Positions 35,795-44,972 of a stretch of 64,000 nucleotides of DNA are shown piece after piece. The notes beneath the pieces are model-generated. The model was not told where the DNA came from and searched no databases. It saw nothing but the letters and a program-made list of their open reading frames with translations. How positions within the stretch are numbered: the stretch's first letter is position 1; each line of letters opens with the position of its first letter. The position numbers and the translations under genes were made by a program. Origin of the DNA: Verrucomicrobia bacterium UBA3783 (GTDB lineage Bacteria; Verrucomicrobiota; Kiritimatiellia; RFP12; UBA1067); NCBI GenBank assembly GCA_002369235.1, contig DFFF01000009.1:2762-66761 (forward strand), written 5' to 3'.

Positions 35795-35824
35795 TTGACA
35801 AGTTGGTGTCAAAAAGTGTATAAT
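35795..35824 (+). promoter_or_regulatory. sigma-70-type promoter of the mraZ (dcw) operon
   Basis: cctaTTGACA-18 nt-TATAAT. The -35 is the left arm of the palindrome TTGACA-agttgg-TGTCAA (35795-35812). Confidence 0.65.
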
Positions 35825-35835
35825 ATTGTCAGAAA

Positions 35836-36318
35836 ATGTCAAAAGCAAGCAAAGAGAGTGTCGCGATGTCGGCAGGAACGCAATCGGGCGTATTGGTTGG
35901 TCGGTGCGACTACAATCTGGATCCGAAGCATCGTTTCACGATACCGAGCTCTTGGCGAGCGGTGATGGGTTCTCCCGACTACGTCTACGTAATGCCGGAC
36001 GCACGGGAGAAATGCCTGAACCTCATACCGCCGGTGGAGATGGAGGCGAGGCTTGCGAAGCTGCGCGAACGGGCACTGTTTGATCCCTCGCTCGCGAAGG
36101 CTTTGCAGACGATAGGCTCCGTATCCGAGCAGCTTGTTTTGGATGTTCAGGGCAGAATCCGCGTCAGCGACAAGCTCCTTCGGTTTGCGAACCTGACGAC
36201 GACGGTCGCGATGGTGGGTTCTGTTCGTATGGTGAAGTTGTGGAATCCCGCGGCGCTCAAGCCTGATGTCGTGGATCAGGCGGAACTTGGTTCGGCGCTG
36301 GAGTCGGTTGGCTTCTGA
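35836..36318 (+). CDS. mraZ: transcriptional regulator MraZ
   Basis: 160 aa with two DxKxR-type half-domains (LDPKHRFTIPSSWR, DVQGRIRVSDKL). First gene before rsmH. Confidence 0.85.
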   Translation: MSKASKESVAMSAGTQSGVLVGRCDYNLDPKHRFTIPSSWRAVMGSPDYVYVMPDAREKCLNLIPPVEMEARLAKLRERALFDPSLAKALQTIGSVSEQLVLDVQGRIRVSDKLLRFANLTTTVAMVGSVRMVKLWNPAALKPDVVDQAELGSALESVGF

Positions 36319-37226
36319 TGGAACATGTGAGCGTATTGCTGCGCGAGGCGGTGGATGCGCTGGATGTCCGGCAGGGCGGCAGATATGTTGACGGTACGCT
36401 TGGGCGCGCGGGGCACACTCGCGAGATATTGCGGCGCGGCGGCGAGGTGCTGGGCATAGACCGCGACGACGAGGCGATCGCGGAGGTTTCCGCGATGGGT
36501 CTCAAGGGGCTGAAGATCGCGAAAGGCGAGCATGGGGATTTGGAAAGGATTGCACATGAGAACGGCTGGGATGAAGCGGACGGAGTCCTTTTGGACTTGG
36601 GCGTGTCGTCTCCTCAACTGGATGACGCCGGACGCGGTTTCAGTTTTTTGCGCGAGGGACCCCTTGACATGCGGATGGACCGCGCGCACGGTCTGAGCGC
36701 GGCGGATGTGGTGAATGGCTGGGGCGAGCAGGAGCTCGCCGAGGTCATTTGGCGTTTGGGCGAGGAGCGCGGTGCGCGGCGGGTGGCGGCGGCGATTGTG
36801 AAGGCGCGCGCCGGGCGGCGGATCGAAACGACGGCGGAACTCGCGGAGATTGTGGAGAAGGCGATCGGGCGGCATGGCGGCCATCATCCGGCGACGCGCA
36901 CTTTCCAGGCGTTGAGGATGGCGGTGAACGATGAGCTTGGAGAGCTTGAACGTGCGCTCGATGGCGCGTTGAGGCTGGTGAAGCGCGGCGGCAGAATCGC
37001 GGTCATCACCTTCGAGAGTTTGACCGATACGGTGGTGAAGCGCCGGTTTGCCGCCCACGCCGGGCGCGAAGTTTCGCTGCAGGGCGGCGGCAGCCGCTGG
37101 GAAGGAGAGCGGCCGCGGGTGCGGATCGTGAGCCGCAAGGCGGTCAAGGCGTCGGAAAACGAGATTTTGAACAATCCGAGATCGCGGAGCGCAAAGCTTC
37201 GCGTGATCGAAAAAGAGGAGATTTGA
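36318..37226 (+). CDS. rsmH: 16S rRNA (cytosine1402-N4)-methyltransferase
   Basis: HVSVLLREAV, DGTLGRAGH, LLDLGVSSPQLD and HPATRTFQALR motifs. Confidence 0.95.
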   Translation: MEHVSVLLREAVDALDVRQGGRYVDGTLGRAGHTREILRRGGEVLGIDRDDEAIAEVSAMGLKGLKIAKGEHGDLERIAHENGWDEADGVLLDLGVSSPQLDDAGRGFSFLREGPLDMRMDRAHGLSAADVVNGWGEQELAEVIWRLGEERGARRVAAAIVKARAGRRIETTAELAEIVEKAIGRHGGHHPATRTFQALRMAVNDELGELERALDGALRLVKRGGRIAVITFESLTDTVVKRRFAAHAGREVSLQGGGSRWEGERPRVRIVSRKAVKASENEILNNPRSRSAKLRVIEKEEI

Positions 37227-37227
37227 G

Positions 37228-37614
37228 ATGAGGAAGAACAAGCGCAAGAGCAAAGCGATGAGCGTGAGCGCGGCGAGGACTTGCCAGATGGCGGGCGTGC
37301 TTGTGATTCTGCTCGTGGCGGTGATTTTCAATGTGATCGCCAAGAACCAGGTGACGGCGGTGCAGAAGGAAATCGGCGAGAAGCAGAAAGTGCTTGCGAA
37401 GCTCGATGAAGAGCGCATCCGCGTAGAAGCGGCCTGGGAGGGGATGAAGGTCAACTCCTCGCTCGAGCGCGCGCTTCGCAGCCATGGACTCAAGATGGAC
37501 ACGCCCGGAGCCTTTCAGACTGTCCGCATGGATGCCAACGGCATTCCGCTTAAAGGTCAGTATTCAGTCGCCAAGGCGCTTAAGGCCAAGGCGCGCAATG
37601 TAGCGAGCAGATGA
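37228..37614 (+). CDS. ftsL: FtsL-like cell-division protein
   Basis: 128 aa with a basic N-terminus, a single TM segment (MAGVLVILLVAVIF) and a coiled coil. Canonical position between rsmH and ftsI. Confidence 0.55.
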   Translation: MRKNKRKSKAMSVSAARTCQMAGVLVILLVAVIFNVIAKNQVTAVQKEIGEKQKVLAKLDEERIRVEAAWEGMKVNSSLERALRSHGLKMDTPGAFQTVRMDANGIPLKGQYSVAKALKAKARNVASR

Positions 37615-39362
37615 AATTCGAGCGCCTGCATTTTCAGGCTCTCTTGCTGATTGGCTTTGCGCTTTATTCGGGACAGGGGATTGTCAGAGCGCATCTCGAT
37701 CCCAGCGTAGACGACATCGATTATACATTCGAGCGCGAACTCAAGGCGCGTCGCGGCAGCATTTTAGACCGCAAGGGCGCACCGCTGGCGATGTCGGTCC
37801 CGGTTTGGGAGTACCGGCTGGACCCCGTATCGCTCACGAACCGCGTAGTGCGTCCCGGGCGCGGCGAGAAGCCGCGCGAGCCTGCGGCAATCGTGCGCAC
37901 CATTTCGCGCGTCCTTGGGTTGGATTACCACGAGACTCTCGCCAAGGCGGCGAACACGAAAAACCGCTATCAATTCCTCGCGCGTTCGAGCGATTCGGAT
38001 GCGCACCGCATTCTCGCGGATTCCAAACTCGTATCGGGCGTGGCCATTCTCGACCGGCAGGAGCGCCGCTACTTGCACGGAAGCCTCATGAGCCATGTGC
38101 TCGGTTCGGTCAATTCAGAGGGCGATGCTTCGGCAGGACTGGAACTTAGGTACGATAAATTCCTTTCCGGACAGCCGGGTCGAATCCAAGGGATGAAAGA
38201 CGCCGTCGGGCGCGAGCTTTACGACAAGCGCAAGATTTCAATCGACCCGATTGCCGGTGCGGATGTCTACCTGACGCTCGACCACAATATCCAGTCGGAC
38301 GCGGAGAAATACTTGAAGGAAGGGATCGCAGAGTTTGGCGCGGGATCGGGCTGGGCGGTTGTCATGAATGCCAAAACCGGCGCGGTGCTTGCGCTCGCGA
38401 GTTTCCCGGATTTCGATCCGACGGAGTTTGGCTCGACGACGGAAAGCCAGCAGTTGAACCGGGTTGTGGGCATGGTGTTCGAGCCGGGGTCGGTGATGAA
38501 GGTTATTTCGGTCGCTTCGGCGATTGACGCGGGCTTCGTGAAAGCGGATTCCACTTACGATACCGACCGCTTCGAGGAAGGTTACTTCAAATTGCCGGGT
38601 GACGGCTCGCACGTGTGGGACAAGCGCATGTCGATCGCCGATGCAATCGTGCATTCATCGAATATTGTCGTGGGAAAATTGGGATACGATTTTGGACGCG
38701 AGAATCTCCACGGCTACATGAAGGCGTTTGGATTCGGGGCGCGGACGGGCATTGAGCTGCCGGGCGAGGAGGTAGGGATTCTGCCGGATTGGATAAAGTG
38801 GGGCAAGGCGGACATGTCGCGTGCGCCGATCGGACAATTTGTCGCCGTGACGCCTATTCAACTTATTTCCGCGTATCAGGCCATCGCCAACGACGGCGTC
38901 AGGATGCGGCCGCGAGTAGTGGACAGAATTGTCGCGAAGGATGGAACCGACCTCTATAAAAGTGCGCCCGAGGCGATTGGCCGTCCGATTTCCCAAGCGA
39001 CGGCGCGGACGATGCGCCAAATCATGAAGCCAGTGGCCAGCCGCGAAGGCACGGCGCGAAGGGCGGCGATCAAGGGTTATAGCGTCGCCGGCAAGACGGG
39101 GACTGCGCAAAAGCGCATTCCGGGCGTGAAGGGCTATGCGCCAGGACTTTACCGCGCGAGTTTTTGCGGCATGGTTCCGGCGGACGAACCGGAAATCGTC
39201 GTGCTCGTCACACTCGACTTCGACGCCAAACGCCAATTCCATCAGGGCGGCAATTCCGCCGCCGTCGTTTGGCGCAAGCTTGTCGAGGATACCCTTCGCT
39301 ATCTTATGATTCCGCCGGACAAGCCCGAAGAACTCGACGCCGCGCATCATAACGCTTTGTGA
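37611..39362 (+). CDS. ftsI: penicillin-binding protein (FtsI/PBP3-type D,D-transpeptidase)
   Basis: 583 aa with SxxK (GSVMK), SxN (HSSN) and KTGT motifs. Confidence 0.85.
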   Translation: MKFERLHFQALLLIGFALYSGQGIVRAHLDPSVDDIDYTFERELKARRGSILDRKGAPLAMSVPVWEYRLDPVSLTNRVVRPGRGEKPREPAAIVRTISRVLGLDYHETLAKAANTKNRYQFLARSSDSDAHRILADSKLVSGVAILDRQERRYLHGSLMSHVLGSVNSEGDASAGLELRYDKFLSGQPGRIQGMKDAVGRELYDKRKISIDPIAGADVYLTLDHNIQSDAEKYLKEGIAEFGAGSGWAVVMNAKTGAVLALASFPDFDPTEFGSTTESQQLNRVVGMVFEPGSVMKVISVASAIDAGFVKADSTYDTDRFEEGYFKLPGDGSHVWDKRMSIADAIVHSSNIVVGKLGYDFGRENLHGYMKAFGFGARTGIELPGEEVGILPDWIKWGKADMSRAPIGQFVAVTPIQLISAYQAIANDGVRMRPRVVDRIVAKDGTDLYKSAPEAIGRPISQATARTMRQIMKPVASREGTARRAAIKGYSVAGKTGTAQKRIPGVKGYAPGLYRASFCGMVPADEPEIVVLVTLDFDAKRQFHQGGNSAAVVWRKLVEDTLRYLMIPPDKPEELDAAHHNAL

Positions 39363-39387
39363 TTTTATATCCTCCGCTCCCTCCAGC

Positions 39388-40179
39388 TTACCGAGCGAGC
39401 AACATAAAGAATTTCTTGCGGCCAATGCGCAGCGAACAGAGGCAACGTTCGCCGACGCGAAGTTCCGGCGCCAATACTTTCTCGCTTCCCTTGCGGTGCG
39501 ATTTGTGCACAAATTTGCAAAACCGGTATCTGCCGAAGCGCAGAATCAGTTTGCGCTGCCACGCATCTACCCAAGTGCCCGTCAAATGGTGAAACGCATA
39601 GCCATCGCGGCTGTCGCAAAAATAGTCCGACGGATAGATCGTCATCCGTTCTCCAAGTTTCAGCGGGAAGACGGCGTCCGCAAACGAGACGTGGAATTTC
39701 TCTTCTATGATCGACAGCCATTCGCAAGAGTTCGGGGCCAAATCCAACTCGCCTCGCTCGTCGATTATGGATTTGTTCGCGTATGACGCGAGCAATCCGC
39801 CAATCAACTGGTTTTCGGGTGCGCACCCGATAAACGCGGTATTAAGCCAGATTGCGCCGTGCGTTTTGTAGTTGCAGCATACAAAGTCTTCATTGAGGAA
39901 CTTGTCGAGCGGACGCAATATCTCGCAATCGGTATCGCAGTAAAATCCGCCTTCGTCGTAAAGCGCCTTCAGCCTTAGGAAATCCGACGCAAAGGCGAAT
40001 TTGCGGTTGGCCGCCGCCTCCAAGGCGAATCTGTTGCCGGACTTGCGGAGTTCTTCATCTCCCCATTCTTTGATTTCATAGTCCGGGCAAAACTTTCGCC
40101 AGCTCTCCAAACAACGCTTGAAAACATCCGGCTTTTCGCCGTTTCCCAGCCAGACATAGTGCAACTTCTTCGGTATCAT
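39388..40179 (-). CDS. glycosyltransferase family 32-like (DXD sugar-binding)
   Basis: 263 aa with KKLHYVWLG, SDFLRLKALYDEGGFYCDTDCE (DXD). Visibly lower GC than its neighbours. Convergent with ftsI. Confidence 0.75.
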   Translation of the reverse strand: MIPKKLHYVWLGNGEKPDVFKRCLESWRKFCPDYEIKEWGDEELRKSGNRFALEAAANRKFAFASDFLRLKALYDEGGFYCDTDCEILRPLDKFLNEDFVCCNYKTHGAIWLNTAFIGCAPENQLIGGLLASYANKSIIDERGELDLAPNSCEWLSIIEEKFHVSFADAVFPLKLGERMTIYPSDYFCDSRDGYAFHHLTGTWVDAWQRKLILRFGRYRFCKFVHKSHRKGSEKVLAPELRVGERCLCSLRIGRKKFFMLLAR

Positions 40180-40278
40180 CCGACGCCCCTTGCTTTAGCG
40201 CCGCCATTTTCCTCGAAGAAGAAAAGTGGCGCAATCTTTAACATCATTGTCTTTACAGAGGCATCGCCAAACGCCCGA

Positions 40279-40326
40279 CATAAAACAAAGACGAAAGAAT
40301 GCGCCACGGAATTGCCGTGGACGCAT
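40279..40326 (-). terminator. intrinsic terminator or attenuator on the minus strand
   Basis: Minus-sense ATGCG(T)CCACGG-caatt-CCGTGGCGCAT (11 bp plus one bulge) followed by UCUUUCGUCUUUGUUUUAUG. About 100 nt upstream of the GT32 ATG. Confidence 0.5.
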
Positions 40327-40553
40327 CCACGTAGTCGGCTTTATGTCTGGAAAATTGGCGATTTTCTGTAAAAGCCTGATACGTGAACACGCGTTCACTT
40401 GCTGCACTTCAGAGCTGGTCGAGCGGCGGTCGCAAAACGCATCGGCGCAATGTGGTCATCGCACCATGCCGCTAACGGTCAACTCCTTATAGCAACTCCG
40501 ATCCATGCTAAAAGCCTTCAACATGGATCATCGGCGGATTTCTCCCGCCGGAT
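40285..40553 (-). ncRNA. candidate structured RNA or cis-regulatory leader (class not recognised)
   Basis: The interval between the family-consensus promoter (40560-40589) and the terminator (40279-40326). It holds several perfect hairpins (40532-40550, 40500-40529, 40383-40398) and no convincing ORF. Confidence 0.3.
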
Positions 40554-40559
40554 GTGCAT

Positions 40560-40589
40560 ATTATACCAAAATACATAAGCACTTGGCAA
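40560..40589 (-). promoter_or_regulatory. sigma-70-type promoter (minus strand)
   Basis: Minus-sense TTGCCA-18 nt-TGgTATAATatgcac. Near identical -10 context to the trp, tRNA-Glu and BamD-like promoters. Confidence 0.6.
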
Positions 40590-40698
40590 GGAGTTTTTGC
40601 CTTTGGGCCGTGCGTGATATATGCACTGGCGGCATTTATGGGTGTGACAAAAGGGCGCATGGGCAGGAAATCTTCCTTTATTTTGCAGTCCGGCGCTC

Positions 40699-40876
40699 TT
40701 GACTCTCTAGTAAATGATGCTTGACTTCGTAGTCAAGGGAGTTAGACTTCGTAGTCAAGGGAGCTTGACTTCACAGTCCAGGGCCTTAGACTACGAAGTC
40801 GAGGTTGCTCGACTAGGCAGTCAGGCAATCTCGACTAGGCGGCGCGGCAGGCTGGACTAGGGGGGTGAATGTGGGC
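40699..40876. repeat. 22-bp phased tandem repeat array, locus 3 (8 units, palindromic variant)
   Basis: GACT at 40701, 40723, 40745, 40767, 40789, 40811, 40833 and 40855. The best units read TTGACTTCGTAGTCAAGGGAG (arms TTGACT/AGTCAA). Units degenerate toward dnaK. Confidence 0.85.
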
Positions 40877-41001
40877 TGAATTAGGTGATTGTGACATGGT
40901 GGCACAGTTTGGCGCGTAGGATTGCATGAGGCGGAGTGGCATCTTTATTGCATGTATGATAGTGTCGTGCAAGAAGTGCGACAAGAAAGCGAGAAAAGAA
41001 T

Positions 41002-42915
41002 ATGGCAAAAGTACTAGGAATCGATTTGGGAACGACCAACAGCTGCATGGCTGTGATGGAAGGCGGCGAAGCGACCGTGATTCCCAACAAGGAAGGCGCG
41101 CGGACGACGCCTTCGATTGTGGCATTCACCAAGACGGGAGAAATCCTTGTGGGCCAGGCGGCGAAGCGTCAGGCGGTGACTAACCCGAAGTCCACGATCT
41201 ACTCCATCAAGCGTTTCATCGGGCGCAGGTTCGAGGAGATGACGGACGAAATCAAGATGGTGCCTTACGAGGTAGTGCGCGCGGACAACGGCGATGCCGC
41301 GGTGCGCGTGAACGGCAAGGTCTATACGGCGCAGGAGATTTCGGCGATGATTCTCCGCAAGCTCAAGGAAGACGCGGAGGCGTTCTTGGGCGAGAAGATC
41401 ACCGAGGCGGTCATCACGGTCCCGGCCTACTTCAACGACCAGCAGCGCCAGGCGACGAAGGACGCGGGCAAGATCGCGGGCCTTGACGTCAAGCGCATCG
41501 TGAACGAGCCGACGGCGGCGTCGCTCGCGTACGGCCTCGACAAGAAGAAGAACGAGAAGATCGCGGTCTACGACTTCGGCGGCGGCACGTTCGATATTTC
41601 CGTTTTGGATATCGGCGATGGCGTGTTCGAAGTGAAGGCCACGAACGGCGATACGCATCTCGGCGGCGACGACCTCGACCAGGCGATCATGAAGTGGATG
41701 ATCGATGATTTCAAGGCGGCGCAGGGCGTGGATCTCGGCGCGGACACGATGGCGCTGCAGCGTCTCAAGGAAGAGGCGGAGAAGGCGAAGTGCGCGTTGT
41801 CGAGCGCGACTACTTACGACATCAATCTGCCGTTCATCACGATGAACGCGAACGGTCCGCTGCACCTCACGGCGACGCTCACGCGCTCGAAACTCGAGAC
41901 GCTCACGATGGATCTCGTGAACCGCACGACCGATCCTTGCCGCAAGTGCATGAACGACGCCGGTCTTTCGTCGGTGGACGAGGTGGTTCTGGTCGGCGGC
42001 CAGACGCGCATGCCGCTGTTGCAGGAGAAGGCCAAGAGCCTCTTCGGCAAGGAGCCGCACAAGGGCGTCAATCCCGATGAAGTAGTCGCGATGGGCGCGG
42101 CGATCCAGGGCGGCATTTTGAAGGGCGAAGTGAAGGACGTGCTCCTTCTGGACGTCACTCCGCTCACGCTGGGCATCGAGACTCTGGGCGGCGTTTTGAC
42201 TCCGCTCATCGAGCGCAACACGACGATCCCCACGAAGAAGAGCCAGGTGTTTTCGACGGCTGCGGACAACCAGCCGGCGGTGACGATCGCGATCTTCCAG
42301 GGCGACCGCAAGATGGCGCGCGACAACAAGAGCCTCGGCAACTTCAATCTCGATGGCATTCCTCCGGCGCCGCGCGGCGTTCCGCAGATCGAAGTCACGT
42401 TCGATATCGACGCCAACGGAATTCTGAACGTCTCGGCGAAGGACCTCGGCACCCAGAAGGAGCAGAGGATCACCATCACCGCGGCAGGCGGACTCTCCAA
42501 GGAGGAGATCGAGAAGATGCGCAAGGACGCCGAGGCTCATGCGGCCGAGGACGAGAAGCGCCATGCCGAGGTCGAGGCCCGCAACAAGGCCGACGGTCTC
42601 GCCTTCCAGGTCGAAAAGACGCTGAAGGATTCCGGCGACAAGATTTCCGCCGACAAGAAGAAGCCGGTCGAAGACGCCCTCAAGGCGCTCAAGGACGAAC
42701 TCGCGAAGACGCCGCCCGCGCCGATCGACGACATCAAGGCCAAGGAGGAAGCCCTCATGAAGGCCATGGAGCCGGTCGCGCAGGAGATGTACGCGAGCGC
42801 CCAGGCGGCGCAAAGCCAGGCCCAGCAGGGCGGCGGCGAAGCGCCCAAGACCGACGAGCCCAAGAAGGAAAAGGGCGGCGACGATGTCGTGGACGCGGAC
42901 TTCACGATGAAGTAA
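41002..42915 (+). CDS. dnaK: molecular chaperone DnaK (Hsp70)
   Basis: 637 aa with [17 protein letters not shown] and [10 protein letters not shown] motifs. Confidence 0.97.
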   Translation: MAKVLGIDLGTTNSCMAVMEGGEATVIPNKEGARTTPSIVAFTKTGEILVGQAAKRQAVTNPKSTIYSIKRFIGRRFEEMTDEIKMVPYEVVRADNGDAAVRVNGKVYTAQEISAMILRKLKEDAEAFLGEKITEAVITVPAYFNDQQRQATKDAGKIAGLDVKRIVNEPTAASLAYGLDKKKNEKIAVYDFGGGTFDISVLDIGDGVFEVKATNGDTHLGGDDLDQAIMKWMIDDFKAAQGVDLGADTMALQRLKEEAEKAKCALSSATTYDINLPFITMNANGPLHLTATLTRSKLETLTMDLVNRTTDPCRKCMNDAGLSSVDEVVLVGGQTRMPLLQEKAKSLFGKEPHKGVNPDEVVAMGAAIQGGILKGEVKDVLLLDVTPLTLGIETLGGVLTPLIERNTTIPTKKSQVFSTAADNQPAVTIAIFQGDRKMARDNKSLGNFNLDGIPPAPRGVPQIEVTFDIDANGILNVSAKDLGTQKEQRITITAAGGLSKEEIEKMRKDAEAHAAEDEKRHAEVEARNKADGLAFQVEKTLKDSGDKISADKKKPVEDALKALKDELAKTPPAPIDDIKAKEEALMKAMEPVAQEMYASAQAAQSQAQQGGGEAPKTDEPKKEKGGDDVVDADFTMK

Positions 42916-42957
42916 GGTAGAGAGACTTGAAAGAAACAACTTGAAAGGAAAAACAAA

Positions 42958-43245
42958 ATGAAGATCAGACCTCTGGGCGATCGCGTGCTCGTGGAGCCCA
43001 TCGAAGAAAAGGAACAGACAGTCGGCGGCATCATCATCCCCGATTCGGCGAAGGAAAAGCCGATGCAGGGCAAGGTCGTCGCGGTCGGCAAGAAGACCGA
43101 CAAGGACGGCAAGGAGATCGCGTTCGACGTAAAGGCTGGCGACACGGTGCTGCTCCCGAAGTACGGCGGCACCGAAGTGAAGCTTGGCGATACGAAGTAT
43201 CAGCTGGTTCGCGAGGAGGATCTCCTCGGAGTGATGGAGAAGTAA
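42958..43245 (+). CDS. groES: co-chaperonin GroES
   Basis: 95 aa: [14 protein letters not shown]...[13 protein letters not shown]. Confidence 0.95.
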   Translation: MKIRPLGDRVLVEPIEEKEQTVGGIIIPDSAKEKPMQGKVVAVGKKTDKDGKEIAFDVKAGDTVLLPKYGGTEVKLGDTKYQLVREEDLLGVMEK

Positions 43246-43255
43246 GCAAGGGAAG

Positions 43256-43300
43256 CGAGACGTGAGACGCGCGACATGAACAGACTCGTCTCGCGTCTCG
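43256..43300 (+). promoter_or_regulatory. intercistronic groES-groEL stem-loop
   Basis: A 14-bp stem, CGAGACGTGAGACG (43256-43269) pairing with CGTCTCGCGTCTCG (43287-43300), with one G-U pair and a 17-nt loop. No T-tract follows. Confidence 0.45.
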
Positions 43301-43336
43301 TGTCCAACGTCAACAACAAAAAAGGAATTACCTACC

Positions 43337-44968
43337 ATGGCAAAGCAGATAAAGTTTGATGCGGAAGCCCGTCAGAAAATCTTGGCGGGCGTCGAGAAGC
43401 TGGCGGCGGCGGTCACTTCGACCCTCGGTCCGTCCGGCAGGAACGTGATTCTGGACAAGAAGTTCGGCTCGCCCCAGATCACCAAGGACGGCGTGACGGT
43501 CGCGAAGGAGATCGAACTCCCCGATCCTTTCGAGAATATGGGTGCGCAGATGGTCAAGGAAGTCGCTTCGAAGACGAACGACGTCGCCGGCGACGGCACC
43601 ACGACCGCCACCTTGCTCGCCGAGGCCGTCTATCGCGAAGGTCTCAAGAACCTCACCGCCGGCGCCAATGCGATGGCGCTCAAGAGCGGTATCGACAAGG
43701 CGACGGCGGCAGTCGTCGATTCGATCGCCAAGCAGGCCGTGAAGGTCAAGAGCGCCGACGAGATCGCGCAGGTCGCGACGATCTCCGCCAACGGCGACGA
43801 GGAAATCGGCAAGATGATTTCCGACGCGATGGACAAGGTCGGCAAGGAAGGCACGATCACGGTCGAGGAAGCCAAGACGCTTGAATCGACGCTTGAAGTC
43901 GTCGAGGGCATGCAGTTCGACAAGGGCTACCTCTCGCCTTACTTCGTGACTAGCCCCGAGGACATGGAATGCGAGCTCGAAAATCCCTTCATTCTCCTGT
44001 TCGAGAAGAAGATTTCGAATTTGCAGGAGATGCTGCCGCTGTTGCAGAGCGTGGCGAAGACCGGCCGTCCGCTCATGATCATCGCCGAGGATGTCGAGGG
44101 CGAAGCGCTCGCCACTTTGGTGGTGAACAAGCTGCGCGGCACGTTCCAGGTCTGCGCGGTGAAGGCGCCCGGCTTTGGCGACCGCCGCAAGGCGATCCTC
44201 GAGGATATCGCGATTCTCACCGGCGGCAGGCTCATCAGCGAGGATATCGGCGTCAAGCTCGAGAATGTCGGACTTGAAATGCTCGGTCGCGCGAAGAAGG
44301 TCGTGGTCGACAAGGACAACACGACGATCGTCGAGGGACTTGGCGACGGCGAGGCGATCAAGGCTCGTGTCGCGGTCATCAAGAAGCAGATCGAGGACAC
44401 GACGAGCGACTACGACCGCGAGAAGCTTCAGGAGCGTCTTGCGAAGCTCGCCGGCGGCGTTGCGCTCATCAAGGTGGGCGCGGCGACCGAGGCGGCGATG
44501 AAGGAGAAGAAGGATCGCGTCGATGACGCTCTCCACGCCACTCGCGCGGCGGTCGAGGAAGGCATCGTGGCCGGCGGCGGCGTCGCTTATCTGCGCGCCC
44601 AGAAGGCCATCGAGGCGCTCAACCTCGCCGGCGACGAGAAGGTCGGCGCCGAGATCGTCTCCCGCGCCATCGAGGCTCCTCTGCGCAAGCTCGTGGGCAA
44701 CGCCGGACAGGAAGCGGCGCTCGTCGTCGCGAATGTCAAGAACGCAGACGGCACGAACGGCTACAACGTCCGCACCGGCGAATACTGCGACCTCCTCAAG
44801 GCGGGCGTCGTCGATCCCGCCAAGGTGACGCGTTCGGCGTTGCAGAACGCCGCTTCGATCGCGGGGCTGCTGCTCACGACCGACTGCATGGTCACCGACC
44901 TTCCCGAAAAGAAGGATTGCAATTGCGGCGGACATGGCGCTCCCGGCGGCATGGACGGCATGATGTGA
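43337..44968 (+). CDS. groEL: chaperonin GroEL
   Basis: 543 aa with [24 protein letters not shown] and a Gly/Met-rich tail. Confidence 0.97.
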   Translation: MAKQIKFDAEARQKILAGVEKLAAAVTSTLGPSGRNVILDKKFGSPQITKDGVTVAKEIELPDPFENMGAQMVKEVASKTNDVAGDGTTTATLLAEAVYREGLKNLTAGANAMALKSGIDKATAAVVDSIAKQAVKVKSADEIAQVATISANGDEEIGKMISDAMDKVGKEGTITVEEAKTLESTLEVVEGMQFDKGYLSPYFVTSPEDMECELENPFILLFEKKISNLQEMLPLLQSVAKTGRPLMIIAEDVEGEALATLVVNKLRGTFQVCAVKAPGFGDRRKAILEDIAILTGGRLISEDIGVKLENVGLEMLGRAKKVVVDKDNTTIVEGLGDGEAIKARVAVIKKQIEDTTSDYDREKLQERLAKLAGGVALIKVGAATEAAMKEKKDRVDDALHATRAAVEEGIVAGGGVAYLRAQKAIEALNLAGDEKVGAEIVSRAIEAPLRKLVGNAGQEAALVVANVKNADGTNGYNVRTGEYCDLLKAGVVDPAKVTRSALQNAASIAGLLLTTDCMVTDLPEKKDCNCGGHGAPGGMDGMM

Positions 44969-44972
44969 TAAA

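Noticed and set aside
40195-40702. Small ORFs 40195..40407(-), 40226..40492(+) and 40505..40702(+).
   Set aside because: They have no SD and odd composition. The mirror-image ATG frames are created by the GATCCATG...CATGGATC palindrome. The region is better explained as structured non-coding RNA or leader.
40877-41001. A CIRCE/HrcA operator or sigma-32 promoter upstream of dnaK.
   Set aside because: There is no TTAGCACTC-N9-GAGTGCTAA-like inverted repeat and no CTTGAAA/CCCCAT pair. Only a TGTATGAT -10-like box (40953-40960) with a poor -35 is present, too weak to call.
42926-42950. The duplicated CTTGAAAG between dnaK and groES as a sigma-32 promoter.
   Set aside because: It matches the -35 consensus, but the ATG follows within 12-30 nt with no CCCCATNT-like -10. 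More likely it is purine-rich SD context.
41014-43338. 774-aa ORF antisense to dnaK.
   Set aside because: It is exactly antisense to an unmistakable dnaK. It is Arg/His/Leu/Asp-rich with no motif. This is the classic long antisense frame of GC-rich, codon-biased genes.
43328-44935. 535-aa ORF antisense to groEL.
   Set aside because: Same artefact. It fully overlaps groEL on the opposite strand and has a low-complexity Arg/Asp/Leu composition.
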